From: Christensenella sp. UBA1428
GTDB taxonomy: Bacteria; Bacillota; Clostridia; Christensenellales; UBA1750
DNA: 64,000 nt
Assembly: GCA_002329335.1 (NCBI GenBank)
Contig: DCTY01000024.1
Span: 3,632 to 67,631 of the forward strand
Reading direction: 5' to 3'
A program made the translations under genes and the position numbers. Of this stretch, positions 43,817-53,086 are shown piece by piece (positions within the stretch are counted from its first letter, which is position 1; each line of letters starts with the position of its first letter). The notes under the pieces were generated by a model that was not told the DNA's origin, did not search any database, and worked only from the letters and a program-made list of their open reading frames with translations.

Positions 43817-44848
43817 TTACTGCGCCGTTTCCGGATGGAAAATCTTTGCCAGTTCCTCAACCGCATCGGCAATCCGCGGGCCCTGACGGCCAATGATGTC
43901 GTCGTTGATCTCATAGACGCTGCCCTGCGCAACCGCCGTCAAGCCCGCATAAAGCGGATCGGCCATAAACAGCTCCTTCATCCCGGTGCCGACCAGAATG
44001 ATCTGGGGATCGGCCTCAAAAATCGCTTCGTTGGTGATCACCCAACCGGACACATCCTTGGCAATGTTGTCGCCGCCCGCCAGCGTGATCAGCTGATGGA
44101 TAAAGGTATCCCCACCGGCCGTATAATCGCCGTATTCGCCAAAACCGGTTGCATAGTATACCGTCGGCGCCTCCTTGCCGGCAACAGCCGCCGTCACTGC
44201 GTCGATGCGCGCTTGCATCTGCGCCACGCACGCCTCGGCCGCCTCCTGCGCATCGGTAATCTGACCAACCGTTTCAATCATCGCATAAACATCCTGGACG
44301 GTCACGCCGTCGGTAAACGCCGCCACCGTGATGCCCAAATCGGTCATCCGCTTGGCCGTATCCTCCTGAAACAGCGTGCCGCCGATCACCAGATCCGGCT
44401 CAAGGGTCAGGATTTTCTCCACGTCGATGTTAAACAGGTCGCCCACCGACGCCGCCTGCTGCGCCTCCTGCGGATAGTTGCAGTAATCCGTCCTGCCGAT
44501 CACCCGGTCGCCCACGCCCAGCGCAAAAAGGATTTCCGTCATATTGGGGCTGACCGAAACGATCGACTGCGGCGCCGCGTCAAAGGTCAGCTGCGTGCCC
44601 AAACTGTCCGAAACCGTCAGCGGGTAAACCGTGCTTGCCTGCGCGGGCGCCTGCGTCTGCGCAGCATCAGGCGTTTGCGCGGATGCAGCGGTCGTCTGAA
44701 CCGGCGCAGCGGTCGTCTGGGCCGGTTCAGCAGATGCAGAGACGGCTGCATCGGGATTCTCAGGCGCGGCGGGCGCGCATGCGCCCAGGCACAGCGTCAG
44801 CATCAGCGCGCAAAGAAGCGCCGCAATGCTCTTGTTCCATTTGTTCAT
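43817..44848 (-). CDS. ABC transporter substrate-binding lipoprotein (BtuF/FhuD-like periplasmic binding protein)
   Basis: Start moved to ATG 44848. Signal peptide with lipobox LGAC, Ala/Pro/Thr-rich linker, then a PBP type 2 pattern (IVSVSPNMTEILFALG...DLVIG). Directly downstream of a cobalamin riboswitch. Confidence 0.85.
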   Translation of the reverse strand: MNKWNKSIAALLCALMLTLCLGACAPAAPENPDAAVSASAEPAQTTAAPVQTTAASAQTPDAAQTQAPAQASTVYPLTVSDSLGTQLTFDAAPQSIVSVSPNMTEILFALGVGDRVIGRTDYCNYPQEAQQAASVGDLFNIDVEKILTLEPDLVIGGTLFQEDTAKRMTDLGITVAAFTDGVTVQDVYAMIETVGQITDAQEAAEACVAQMQARIDAVTAAVAGKEAPTVYYATGFGEYGDYTAGGDTFIHQLITLAGGDNIAKDVSGWVITNEAIFEADPQIILVGTGMKELFMADPLYAGLTAVAQGSVYEINDDIIGRQGPRIADAVEELAKIFHPETAQ

Positions 44849-44892
44849 GGAAAGCTCCATTCCTGTCCTACCGCCTTGACGGCACGGCAAAA

Positions 44893-45080
44893 TGTATAAA
44901 TTTGTGGCAGGTCTCCCGGCTTGCAGGCAGGCTTTCGCCCTGCCGCGCCGTCTTCTCGGGCCAGGGGCCCAATGACGCCGCCAAACGGCGGTCTGCGCGG
45001 CTTTTCCTCCTCACGGTAGTCAAGGCTGCTGCGGATCCGCACCGCATTCCCTTTTCACCCCAGCTTCCTGGGACACCACG
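44893..45080 (-). promoter_or_regulatory. Cobalamin (B12) riboswitch
   Basis: Reverse strand reads ...GGUGAAAAGGGAAUGCGGUGCGGAUCCGCAGCAGCC... (conserved core). The B12 box AAGCCGGGAGACCUGCCAC lies at 44904-44922. Positioned between a consensus promoter and the BtuF-like gene. Confidence 0.85.
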
Positions 45081-45085
45081 CCCTC

Positions 45086-45114
45086 AGTATAGCAAAGCGC
45101 GGCGTTTTTCGCAA
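45086..45114 (-). promoter_or_regulatory. Sigma-A promoter driving the B12 riboswitch operon
   Basis: Reverse strand TTGCGA-N17-TATACT, immediately upstream of the riboswitch. Confidence 0.6.
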
Positions 45115-45274
45115 GCATGCGCGCCGTTTATACCCCCGCCCCCAACACGCTTCATGCGCCTGCCCGCTGTAACAAAACCCGGCCCAACAGCACGCCGCAA
45201 AAGAGCCGCTTTTCGGCGCACATACGCACGTTTTCCGGCAGTGTTTTGCCCCTTTAAGCCAAAACGCACCGTCA

Positions 45275-45316
45275 TCAAAACAGGCCCGCGGCGTGCGAAA
45301 AACGCCGGCGGGCCTG
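45275..45316 (-). terminator. Intrinsic terminator after serS
   Basis: Reverse strand CAGGCCCGC-N18-GCGGGCCUG-UUUUGAU. Confidence 0.7.
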
Positions 45317-45333
45317 CTGCGGATCTTTTGGTT

Positions 45334-46614
45334 TTACGGACGGATCACCGATTGACCGCCCATATAGGGACGCAGCGCCTGCGGGATATTGACGCTGCCG
45401 TCGGCGTTGAGGTTGTTTTCCAAAAATGCAATGAGCATTCTGGGCGGCGCAACCACCGTGTTGTTGAGCGTATGGGCAAAATATTTGCCGTCCTTGCCGT
45501 CCACGCGGATGCGCAGCCGGCGCGCCTGGGCGTCGCCCAAATTGGAACAGCTGCCCACTTCAAAATATTTCTGCTGACGCGGCGACCATGCTTCCACGTC
45601 CACGCTTTTGACCTTCAGATCGGCCAGATCGCCCGAACAGCATTCCAGCGTACGCACCGGAATATCCATCGACCGGAACAGATCAACCGTATTTTGCCAA
45701 AGCTTGTCAAACCACATCGGGCTGTCCTCAGGCTTGCAGACAACGATCATTTCCTGCTTTTCAAACTGATGGATGCGGTATACGCCGCGCTCTTCGATCC
45801 CATGGGCGCCCTTTTCCTTGCGGAAGCAGGGCGAATAGCTGGTCAGCGTCTGCGGCAGCGCCGTTTCCGGCAAAATCTGATCGATAAATTTGCCGATCAT
45901 CGAGTGCTCGCTCGTGCCGATCAGGTACAGATCCTCGCCCTCGATTTTATACATCATGGCGTCCATTTCCGCAAAGCTCATCACGCCCGTGACCACATCG
46001 GCGCGAATCATAAACGGCGGCACGCAATAGGTAAACCCGCGCCCGATCATAAAGTCGCGCGCATAAGCCAGAACCGCCGAATGCAGACGGGCGATATCAC
46101 CCATCAGATAATAAAACCCGTTGCCCGCCACGCGTCTGGCGCTGTCCAGATCGATGCCGTGCAGGCTTTCCATAATCTGGGTATGATACGGAATCTCAAA
46201 ATCCGGCGTTACCGGCTCGCCATAACGGCAAACCTCCACATTTTCGCTGTCGTCCCGACCGATGGGTACGGAAGGATCGATGATGTTGGGAATGGTCATC
46301 ATGATCTTTCTGATCCTTTCCTCCAGCTCGGCCTCGATCGTTTCCAGCTGTGCCAGCCGCTGCGCGTTGCGGGTAACCTGCGCCTTGACCTGCTCCGCTT
46401 CCTCGCGCTTGCCCTGTCCCATCAAGGCGCCGATCTGCTTGGACAGCTTGTTGCGGCTGGCGCGCAGGCCGTCGGCCTCCACCTTGGCGGCGCGGTTTTG
46501 TTTGTCCAGCTCGATCACTTCGTCTACCAGCGGCAGCTTACTGTCCTGGAACTTGTTTTTGATGTTTTGTTTGACGATTTCCGGGTTTTCCCGCACAAAT
46601 CTCAGATCCAGCAT
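45334..46614 (-). CDS. serS: Serine--tRNA ligase
   Basis: Start moved to ATG 46614 (MLDLRFVRENPE...). Coiled-coil N-arm and class II motifs (FRKEKGAHG; HTLNNTVVAPPR). 426 aa. T-box leader upstream. Confidence 0.95.
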   Translation of the reverse strand: MLDLRFVRENPEIVKQNIKNKFQDSKLPLVDEVIELDKQNRAAKVEADGLRASRNKLSKQIGALMGQGKREEAEQVKAQVTRNAQRLAQLETIEAELEERIRKIMMTIPNIIDPSVPIGRDDSENVEVCRYGEPVTPDFEIPYHTQIMESLHGIDLDSARRVAGNGFYYLMGDIARLHSAVLAYARDFMIGRGFTYCVPPFMIRADVVTGVMSFAEMDAMMYKIEGEDLYLIGTSEHSMIGKFIDQILPETALPQTLTSYSPCFRKEKGAHGIEERGVYRIHQFEKQEMIVVCKPEDSPMWFDKLWQNTVDLFRSMDIPVRTLECCSGDLADLKVKSVDVEAWSPRQQKYFEVGSCSNLGDAQARRLRIRVDGKDGKYFAHTLNNTVVAPPRMLIAFLENNLNADGSVNIPQALRPYMGGQSVIRP

Positions 46615-46869
46615 GATATAAAACCTCCTGATACCGTTTGGCGTCTGATAAAAAAGTCCTCCGCCCGCAATGGGACGAAGGACTCCGTGTTGCCACCCAA
46701 ATTGCCGCAAACTGCGGCCGCTTTGAAAGCAGGATAAAGGCTGCCACCCTTTGGGCTCGTCGCCCAAGGCTCGGAAAGCGGAAAGGAACGCCTGCCGCCG
46801 GCTTGCACCCAACGCCGGCTCTCTGATCAGGGCAAAAGCGCGCCGCTTCTTTCCTCAAACGCCTGATAT
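46615..46869 (-). promoter_or_regulatory. T-box leader upstream of serS, with intrinsic terminator
   Basis: Reverse strand contains AGAGAG, the T-box sequence AAUUUGGGUGGCAACACGGAG (46683-46703), and the terminator AGUCCUUCGUCC-CAUUGC-GGGCGGAGGACU followed by UUUUUU (46645-46686). The specifier was not assigned with certainty. Confidence 0.8.
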
Positions 46870-46875
46870 ACGCTT

Positions 46876-46904
46876 ATTATAGCTGCATACACCGTTTTTG
46901 ACAA
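46876..46904 (-). promoter_or_regulatory. Sigma-A promoter of the serS T-box leader
   Basis: Reverse strand TTGTCA-N17-TATAAT. Confidence 0.65.
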
Positions 46905-47027
46905 GCCCCGCGGCAAAAATTTCCCGCAGCGCGCTGCCCGCCCACGCCGCAAAAGCGCTGCGCGCCCCTTTCCTTCGCCCAAGGCGGCGCGAGGTTTGAC
47001 CGCCGGCATACAATTTGCCAAAAAAGG

Positions 47028-47056
47028 TTGACAAATCGTCTTTTCCCGTCTAAGAT
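47028..47056 (+). promoter_or_regulatory. Sigma-A promoter of the ileS T-box leader
   Basis: TTGACA-N17-TAAGAT. Confidence 0.6.
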
Positions 47057-47062
47057 ACTAGT

Positions 47063-47348
47063 ATTGTCAACTGCGTGGAAAAGGACGAGTACTTCGGCTT
47101 TCCCCGCCAAGAGAGCCGCCCGTTTTGCTGCAAGGGCGGACGGGGCGCCGGACGAATATCCCCTTTGAGCAGGCAGCCCAACGGCGTTGCCCAGTAGGCT
47201 TGTCCGGAAGTGACCGTTATCTCACAGCACCAAGCGGCCGGGAAACCGGCAAAAAGAGTGGTACCGCAAGGACGTGCGTCTTTGTCTCTTTATTCGGGAC
47301 GAAGGCGTTTTTCTATTACGCACCCCAGTCACACAGGAGGAATCGAAA
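47063..47348 (+). promoter_or_regulatory. T-box leader upstream of ileS
   Basis: Contains AGAGAG (47110-47115), a GCUGCAA distal-loop-like element, AGUAG, and the T-box sequence AAAAAGAGUGGUACCGCAAGG (~47253-47273). Candidate Ile AUC specifiers at 47158-47160 and 47219-47221. Confidence 0.8.
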
Positions 47349-50117
47349 ATGGATTATAACAAGACCATCCGCCTGCCTCAAACCGATTTTCCCATGCGCG
47401 CCGGCCTTCCGGCCCGGGAGCCCGACATGCTCAAGCGCTGGGAGCAGATGGATCTTTACCACGAAATGCTCAAAAAGAACGAAGGACACCCGCGTTTTTC
47501 CCTGCATGACGGCCCGCCCTTCTCCAACGGCGATATTCATATGGGCCATGCGCTCAACAAATCCGTCAAGGATTTTATCGTGCGCAGCTACGCCATGCGC
47601 GGTTACTACACCCCCTATATCCCCGGCTGGGACAATCACGGCATGCCCATCGAGTCGGCCATCATCAAGGCCAACAAGCTCAACCGCAAGGCCATGGGCG
47701 TCCCGGAATTCCGCAGCGCCTGTCATGATTTTGCCCAGCGGTTCATCGACCGCCAGATGGCCGGCTTCAAGCGGCTGGGCGTTCTGGGCGACTGGGAGCA
47801 TCCTTACAAAACCATGAACCCCGGCTTTGAGGCCGAGGAAGTCAAGGTTTTTGGCGCAATGTACAAAAAGGGCTACATCTACAAAGGCCTTAAGCCCGTC
47901 TACTGGTGCCCCAGCGACGAAACGGCGCTGGCCGAGGCCGAAATCGAATATCAGGACGACCCCTGCACCACCGTATATGTAAAATTCAAAATGCACGACG
48001 ATCTGGGCAAGCTGCCCGGCGTTGACCAAAGCCGCCTGTATTTTATCATCTGGACGACGACGATCTGGACGCTGCCGGGCAACCTGGCCATCGCGCTGCA
48101 TCCGCGCGAAAGCTATGCCCTGATCAGGGCCGCCGGCGGCGAAACCTATATCGTCGCCGAAGCGCTTGCTGAAAAAGTCATGAAAGTCGGCGGCGTGGAT
48201 CAGTATGAAATTCTGGCGACCTACCCCGGCGCATTTTTTGAAAACATGCTGGCTGATCATCCGTTTTTGGACAAGACCTCCCGTCTGGTCAACGCCGAAT
48301 ACGTCACGATGGATTCCGGCACCGGCTGCGTGCATACCGCCCCCGGCTTTGGCGCGGACGACTATCAGACCTGCCTGCGCTACGGTATGGAAATGGTGGT
48401 GCCCGTGGACGATCGCGGCCGTCATACCGACTATGCCGGCAAATACGCCGGTCTTTCCACCGAAGCGTCCAACCCCGTCATTTTGGAGGACATGCGCCAA
48501 AGCGGCGCGCTGTTTGCCAGCGAACAGATTGTTCACAGCTATCCGCACTGCTGGCGCTGCAAAAAGCCGATCATCTTCCGCGCCACGCCGCAGTGGTTCT
48601 GCTCGGTGGATGCGTTCAAGGATGAAGCGGTGTCCGCCTGCGACGGCGTACGCTGGCTGCCCGCCTGGGGCAAAGAGCGCATGATCGCCATGATCCGCGA
48701 GCGCGCAGACTGGTGTATTTCCCGCCAGCGCCGCTGGGGATTGCCGATTCCCGTTTTTTACTGCGAAGCATGCAAAAAGCCGGTATGCGACGATACGACG
48801 ATTGACGCCGTCAGCCGGTTGTTCGGCCAGCACGGTTCCAACGCCTGGTACGAACGCAGCGCGGCGGAAATCCTGCCGGAGGGCTATCGCTGCCCGCATT
48901 GCGGCGGCACGCATTTTTACAAGGAAGAGGATACGCTCGACGGCTGGTTTGACTCCGGCTCGACGCATTTTGCCTCGATGAAAAAGGATCAGGGCTTCTG
49001 GCCGGCCGATCTGTACATTGAAGGCGCGGATCAGTACCGCGGCTGGTTCCAGTCCTCGCTTTTGACCGCCATCGGCTCTACCGGCGCGGCGCAGGCGCCG
49101 TTTAAGCAGTGTCTGACCCACGGCTGGACGGTGGACGGCGAGGGACGTGCCATGCACAAGAGCCTGGGCAACGGCGTTGATCCCGCTGAGATCATCAAAA
49201 AATATGGTTCGGATCTGGTGCGCCTGTGGGCAGGTTCGTCGGATTACCGCGTCGACGTGCGCTGCTCTGACGCCATTTTCAAGCAGCTGTGCCAGAATTA
49301 CCTGAAATTCCGCAATACCGCCCGCTATTGTCTGGGCAATCTGGCCGGTTTCGACGCCGATCATCTGGTTGCCCCCGAACAGATGCTGCCGCTGGACCGT
49401 TGGGCGATGACGCGCTTAAACGCGTTGATTGAGCGCTGCATGAGCGCCTATGACGACTATGAATTCCACGTCGTTTCCCACGCCATCAGCGATTGCTGCG
49501 TCATCGAGCTTTCCAGCTTCTATCTGGACGTCATCAAGGATCGTCTGTACTGCGACGAAGCAGACGGTCTGCCCCGCCGCAGCGCGCAGACGGCCCTGTA
49601 TCTGATTCTGGATACCATGACCAAGCTGTTTGCGCCGATTCTTGCCTTTACCTGCGACGAAATCTGGCAGGCAATGCCCCATCGGGCCGGCGACGATCCA
49701 CGCAATGTTGTGCTCAACCAGATGAACGCGCCCTTTACCGACTACGCGCTGGACGATGCGCAGATGGATCAGTTTGCACAGCTGCTCACCGTACGCGCCC
49801 AGGTCAACGGCGCGCTGGAGCAGGCCCGTGCTGATAAGAAAATCGGCAAGAGTCTGGAAGCCCGGGTTGTTTTGACTGTTCCGCAGGAATATGCCTTCCT
49901 GGCTCAGATGGATGCCGCTGCCTTGGCCGATCTGCTGATCGTTTCCCAGGTCGACGCGACCGTGGGCGATGCGCTCAATATCGTCGTTGAACCTGCGCAG
50001 GGTGAAAAATGCGCCCGCTGCTGGAAAGTGCTGCCCGCCCTGAGCGGCAGTGCGGTTCATCCCACGCTGTGCCGCCGCTGTGCGCAGGCGGTTGCCAACC
50101 TGATTCCCGAAGCGTAA
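47349..50117 (+). CDS. ileS: Isoleucine--tRNA ligase
   Basis: Start moved to ATG 47349 (SD AGGAGG). HIGH motif (PFSNGDIHMGHAL), KMSKS-type (AMHKSLGN), C-terminal zinc finger CARCWK...CRRC. T-box leader upstream. Confidence 0.97.
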   Translation: MDYNKTIRLPQTDFPMRAGLPAREPDMLKRWEQMDLYHEMLKKNEGHPRFSLHDGPPFSNGDIHMGHALNKSVKDFIVRSYAMRGYYTPYIPGWDNHGMPIESAIIKANKLNRKAMGVPEFRSACHDFAQRFIDRQMAGFKRLGVLGDWEHPYKTMNPGFEAEEVKVFGAMYKKGYIYKGLKPVYWCPSDETALAEAEIEYQDDPCTTVYVKFKMHDDLGKLPGVDQSRLYFIIWTTTIWTLPGNLAIALHPRESYALIRAAGGETYIVAEALAEKVMKVGGVDQYEILATYPGAFFENMLADHPFLDKTSRLVNAEYVTMDSGTGCVHTAPGFGADDYQTCLRYGMEMVVPVDDRGRHTDYAGKYAGLSTEASNPVILEDMRQSGALFASEQIVHSYPHCWRCKKPIIFRATPQWFCSVDAFKDEAVSACDGVRWLPAWGKERMIAMIRERADWCISRQRRWGLPIPVFYCEACKKPVCDDTTIDAVSRLFGQHGSNAWYERSAAEILPEGYRCPHCGGTHFYKEEDTLDGWFDSGSTHFASMKKDQGFWPADLYIEGADQYRGWFQSSLLTAIGSTGAAQAPFKQCLTHGWTVDGEGRAMHKSLGNGVDPAEIIKKYGSDLVRLWAGSSDYRVDVRCSDAIFKQLCQNYLKFRNTARYCLGNLAGFDADHLVAPEQMLPLDRWAMTRLNALIERCMSAYDDYEFHVVSHAISDCCVIELSSFYLDVIKDRLYCDEADGLPRRSAQTALYLILDTMTKLFAPILAFTCDEIWQAMPHRAGDDPRNVVLNQMNAPFTDYALDDAQMDQFAQLLTVRAQVNGALEQARADKKIGKSLEARVVLTVPQEYAFLAQMDAAALADLLIVSQVDATVGDALNIVVEPAQGEKCARCWKVLPALSGSAVHPTLCRRCAQAVANLIPEA

Positions 50118-50136
50118 GCTTGACCCCATACACACA

Positions 50137-50165
50137 AAAGGGACATGCCCTGCATGTCCCTTTTT
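50137..50165 (+). terminator. Intrinsic terminator after ileS
   Basis: AAAGGGACATG-ccctg-CATGTCCCTTT followed by TT. Confidence 0.85.
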
Positions 50166-50304
50166 CATATTTACGCTGCGCAGCTTCCACATTTTTTGTT
50201 AGGCGGCAATCGGTTTGCGCAGGTTCCGTCCTGGACACGGCTTTCAGACGCCGCGCCTGCGCCGGAGTGCCCCGCTCAAAAAACGTCCGGTCTGGCGCCG
50301 AGCT

Positions 50305-51279
50305 TTACCGCGAAGCGCTCCGTTTGTTTTCACAGTCTCTGCGAGCCGCTTCCATCAACAAAAAGAATGCCTGTCCCTCCGCCGCAGTACCCGGCGCGTC
50401 AAAGCGCGGCGCACCGCAGACGTCCTGCACCAGGCCAAATCGGTCGACCTTTTTCAAGGCGGCGTCATACAGCCGCTGCGCCGTCTGAAGCATTTTCTCA
50501 GGAAAATAGCCGCGCGCTACACCCCGAAAAATGCAGTAGGCGCATTGCTGCGAAAAATTGACCTCCAAAAATGTGTCCGGATCATCCAGCACATCATGAA
50601 ACAAACCCGCCTGTTCCCAATCAAGCGCGCTTTCCAGCAGCGTCATCATCCGCTGGGCCAGCCACTGCCGCTGCTGTATCCGCTCCGGCGGCAAATGCGC
50701 CCATACGCGCGTCATCCCCGCCAGCGCCCAGCCAACGCCAACACCCCAGCACGCTTTTTTCACAAAGCGCTGCGCGCCGTCGTCCCAGCGATGCGCAAGC
50801 AGGCGTTTTTCCGGTAAATACAAGGCGTCCCAGTAACCGCATATTTGCCGCATCGCCTCATCGTATGCGCCGTACGCTGCCAAAAACGGCGGCAGCATAT
50901 AAAAGGAATCCACCCAAAATTCCTTTTTATCCGTAAAATGATAAACGATCCCCTTGTCGTTTCGCGGCGCCGCAACAAGCGCCCAATGCGCCAGGCGCCC
51001 GCACGCCTGCTCCAAAACCGGGTCCCCGGTTGCCCGCCAGGCTTCCAGCATGGCCTCGCCCGCCGCGCACGGATCCGTCGCCGCCGTCCCGCCGCCGATC
51101 ACCGCCGCACGACCGTCCTGCGTTTGCCGGTGCGCCGCCTCCATCGCCAGCGACCGGGCAATCTCCCATTGCCCCAATTCCAGAAAAGCCTGCGCCGCCA
51201 CGCCCTGCTCCCAGCTATAGCGCTGCATGGCCAGAAGCGCCGTCGCGACGCGCTGTACGATCTGTTTCTGTTCCATCAT
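50305..51279 (-). CDS. Glycoside hydrolase family 88/105-like (unsaturated glucuronyl/rhamnogalacturonyl hydrolase)
   Basis: Start moved to ATG 51279/51276 (SD GGAGGAGG). Motifs: YSWEQGVAAQAFLE, FWVDSFYMLPPFLA, CWGVGVGWALAGM. Confidence 0.8.
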   Translation of the reverse strand: MMEQKQIVQRVATALLAMQRYSWEQGVAAQAFLELGQWEIARSLAMEAAHRQTQDGRAAVIGGGTAATDPCAAGEAMLEAWRATGDPVLEQACGRLAHWALVAAPRNDKGIVYHFTDKKEFWVDSFYMLPPFLAAYGAYDEAMRQICGYWDALYLPEKRLLAHRWDDGAQRFVKKACWGVGVGWALAGMTRVWAHLPPERIQQRQWLAQRMMTLLESALDWEQAGLFHDVLDDPDTFLEVNFSQQCAYCIFRGVARGYFPEKMLQTAQRLYDAALKKVDRFGLVQDVCGAPRFDAPGTAAEGQAFFLLMEAARRDCENKRSASR

Positions 51280-51427
51280 TTCGCCTCCTCCCGGCTCTAC
51301 CCACTCAAAAAACAGACTGAGGTCTCTTTTGTTTTCTGTATCAAGACGATTATAAAAAAGCCGCCGTTTTATGTCAATCCCCGCCCCTGCAGGCTTGCTC
51401 TCTTTTTCTCCCTGCGCGACCTGCGTT

Positions 51428-51456
51428 TCATATCCGTTCCTGCGGATGCATACATT
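51428..51456 (+). promoter_or_regulatory. Sigma-E-like promoter upstream of spoIIID
   Basis: TCATATC-N14-CATACATT compared with the remembered sigma-E consensus (kmATATT-N14-CATACAhT). spoIIID is sigma-E dependent in B. subtilis. Confidence 0.5.
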
Positions 51457-51486
51457 GGAGCAACAAACCCGCATGGGAGGCAAAAC

Positions 51487-51765
51487 ATGAAACCGTATAT
51501 CGAGCAGCGCGTGCGCGACATCGCAGCCTATATTCTGGAAACCGGCGCAACCGTGCGCCTGGCGGCGGATAAATTCAAGTACAGCAAATCTACGGTACAT
51601 AAAGACATGACCGAGCGGCTTTGGCAGCTGGATCGCCCGCTGGCAGGACAGGTACAGGCGGTTTTGGCGAAAAATAAGGCGGAACGCCATCTGCGCGGCG
51701 GTGCGGCAACGCTGAAAAAATACCGTCTTCTGCGCGCGCGCAAAAAGGAATCCGCCGGCGGATAA
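51487..51765 (+). CDS. spoIIID: Sporulation transcriptional regulator SpoIIID
   Basis: The last 92 codons of track ORF 50845..51765 read MKPYIEQRVRDIAAYILETGATVRLAADKFKYSKSTVHKDMTERL..., the canonical SpoIIID sequence. SD GGGAGG. Followed by mreB/mbl as in Bacillus. Confidence 0.9.
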   Translation: MKPYIEQRVRDIAAYILETGATVRLAADKFKYSKSTVHKDMTERLWQLDRPLAGQVQAVLAKNKAERHLRGGAATLKKYRLLRARKKESAGG

Positions 51766-52023
51766 ACTGCGTCATCGCTCCACAAGATGCAAAACAGATG
51801 GCAAAAAATGGTATAGTTTCCCAAATTTTTATCAGAATTTTGTGCAAAAAATCGGATATGTCCCAAAAACTTCCCAAAAAAGCAGGATTTATCAACGGCG
51901 CGCCGAAAATAATAATCTGGTGTGATATGACACACGGCTTTCGGCCGCCGTTTATAATTTGGGACAGGCAATGCGCCTCCTTTGGCCGTTTATATAGATA
52001 CCGATTTTTCCGAAAACCAAAGG

Positions 52024-53076
52024 ATGTGTCAAACATTGTTCTTAAGCCAAACCATTGGCATAGATTTGGGAACCGCTTCGGTTATTATCTATGTAAAGGG
52101 CAAAGGCATCGTACTGCGGGAACCCTCCGTTGTCGCGCTGGATCGCAGCAGCGGCGAGGTGCTCGCCGTAGGAGAAGACGCCTATCAGATGCTCGGCCGA
52201 ACGCCACATGCCATTGAAGTTATCCGCCCGCTGCGCGACGGCGTCATCACCAATTTTGAAGTAACGGAAAAAATGCTGCGCGCATTTTTACGCAAGGTTG
52301 CAGGCCGCCGGTTTTTTTTCCGCCCGCGCGTCGTTGTATGCGTCCCCTCCGGTGTTTCCGAAATGGAAAAGCGTTCCGTCATTGAGGTCTGCACCGACGC
52401 CGGCGCCGGGTATGCCAGGCTGATTGAAGAGCCGCTTGCCGCCGCAATCGGCGCAGGCATGCCGGTAAACCAGGCCCGCGGCTGTATGGTCGTGGACATT
52501 GGCGGCGGCACGACCGACGTTGCGGCAGTCTGCATGGGGAAAATCGTTGCTTCCCGTTCGGTCAAGGTTTCCGGCGATGCCTTTGACGCTGCCGTCCTGG
52601 ATTTTTTCCAGCAGGCGCACCGGCTGGATATCGGCCCGGTCACAGCGGAACAGCTCAAGATGCATATCGGCTGCGCGCTGCCGCGCCCGGAGCCGTTGGC
52701 GCGCGATATCATCGGCAGATGTATGGATACCGGCCTGCCCCGCGCGGTCACCGTAACCAGCGACGATCTCTATCAGGCGATCGCTCCGTGTTTGGAGCCG
52801 ATTTTCACCGCTGTGCGCGACGTATTTGAACAAATTTCCCCAGAGCTGACCGCGGACATTCTCGACAGCGGAATTATGATGACAGGCGGGGGCGCTTTGT
52901 TGTATAATATGGACAAGGCGTTTTCAGCGCGCATCGGCGTGACCTGCATGGTGGCGCAGGATCCCATCGCCTGCGTGGCCGTCGGTACCGGCAGGGCGCT
53001 GGAAAATCCCGCCGCGCTCAGCGATGTCATTTACGACTATCACGGCAGCGATACCGGCAATTATTTCAACGTGTGA
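52024..53076 (+). CDS. mreB: Rod shape-determining protein MreB/Mbl
   Basis: IGIDLGTASVIIYVKGKGIVLREPSVVA, VVDIGGGTTDVA, MTGGGALL. Start uncertain: ATG 52024 abuts AAAGGA, and TTG 52036 is an alternative. Confidence 0.9.
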   Translation: MCQTLFLSQTIGIDLGTASVIIYVKGKGIVLREPSVVALDRSSGEVLAVGEDAYQMLGRTPHAIEVIRPLRDGVITNFEVTEKMLRAFLRKVAGRRFFFRPRVVVCVPSGVSEMEKRSVIEVCTDAGAGYARLIEEPLAAAIGAGMPVNQARGCMVVDIGGGTTDVAAVCMGKIVASRSVKVSGDAFDAAVLDFFQQAHRLDIGPVTAEQLKMHIGCALPRPEPLARDIIGRCMDTGLPRAVTVTSDDLYQAIAPCLEPIFTAVRDVFEQISPELTADILDSGIMMTGGGALLYNMDKAFSARIGVTCMVAQDPIACVAVGTGRALENPAALSDVIYDYHGSDTGNYFNV

Positions 53077-53086
53077 GGAAATACGG

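Noticed and set aside
44635-46737. 700-aa + strand ORF
   Set aside because: It is antisense to the SBP gene, the B12 riboswitch and serS, with an Arg/Ala/Pro-rich composition. The opposite strand carries unmistakable serS and riboswitch signatures.
47316-49364. 682-aa minus-strand ORF
   Set aside because: It is the antisense shadow of ileS.
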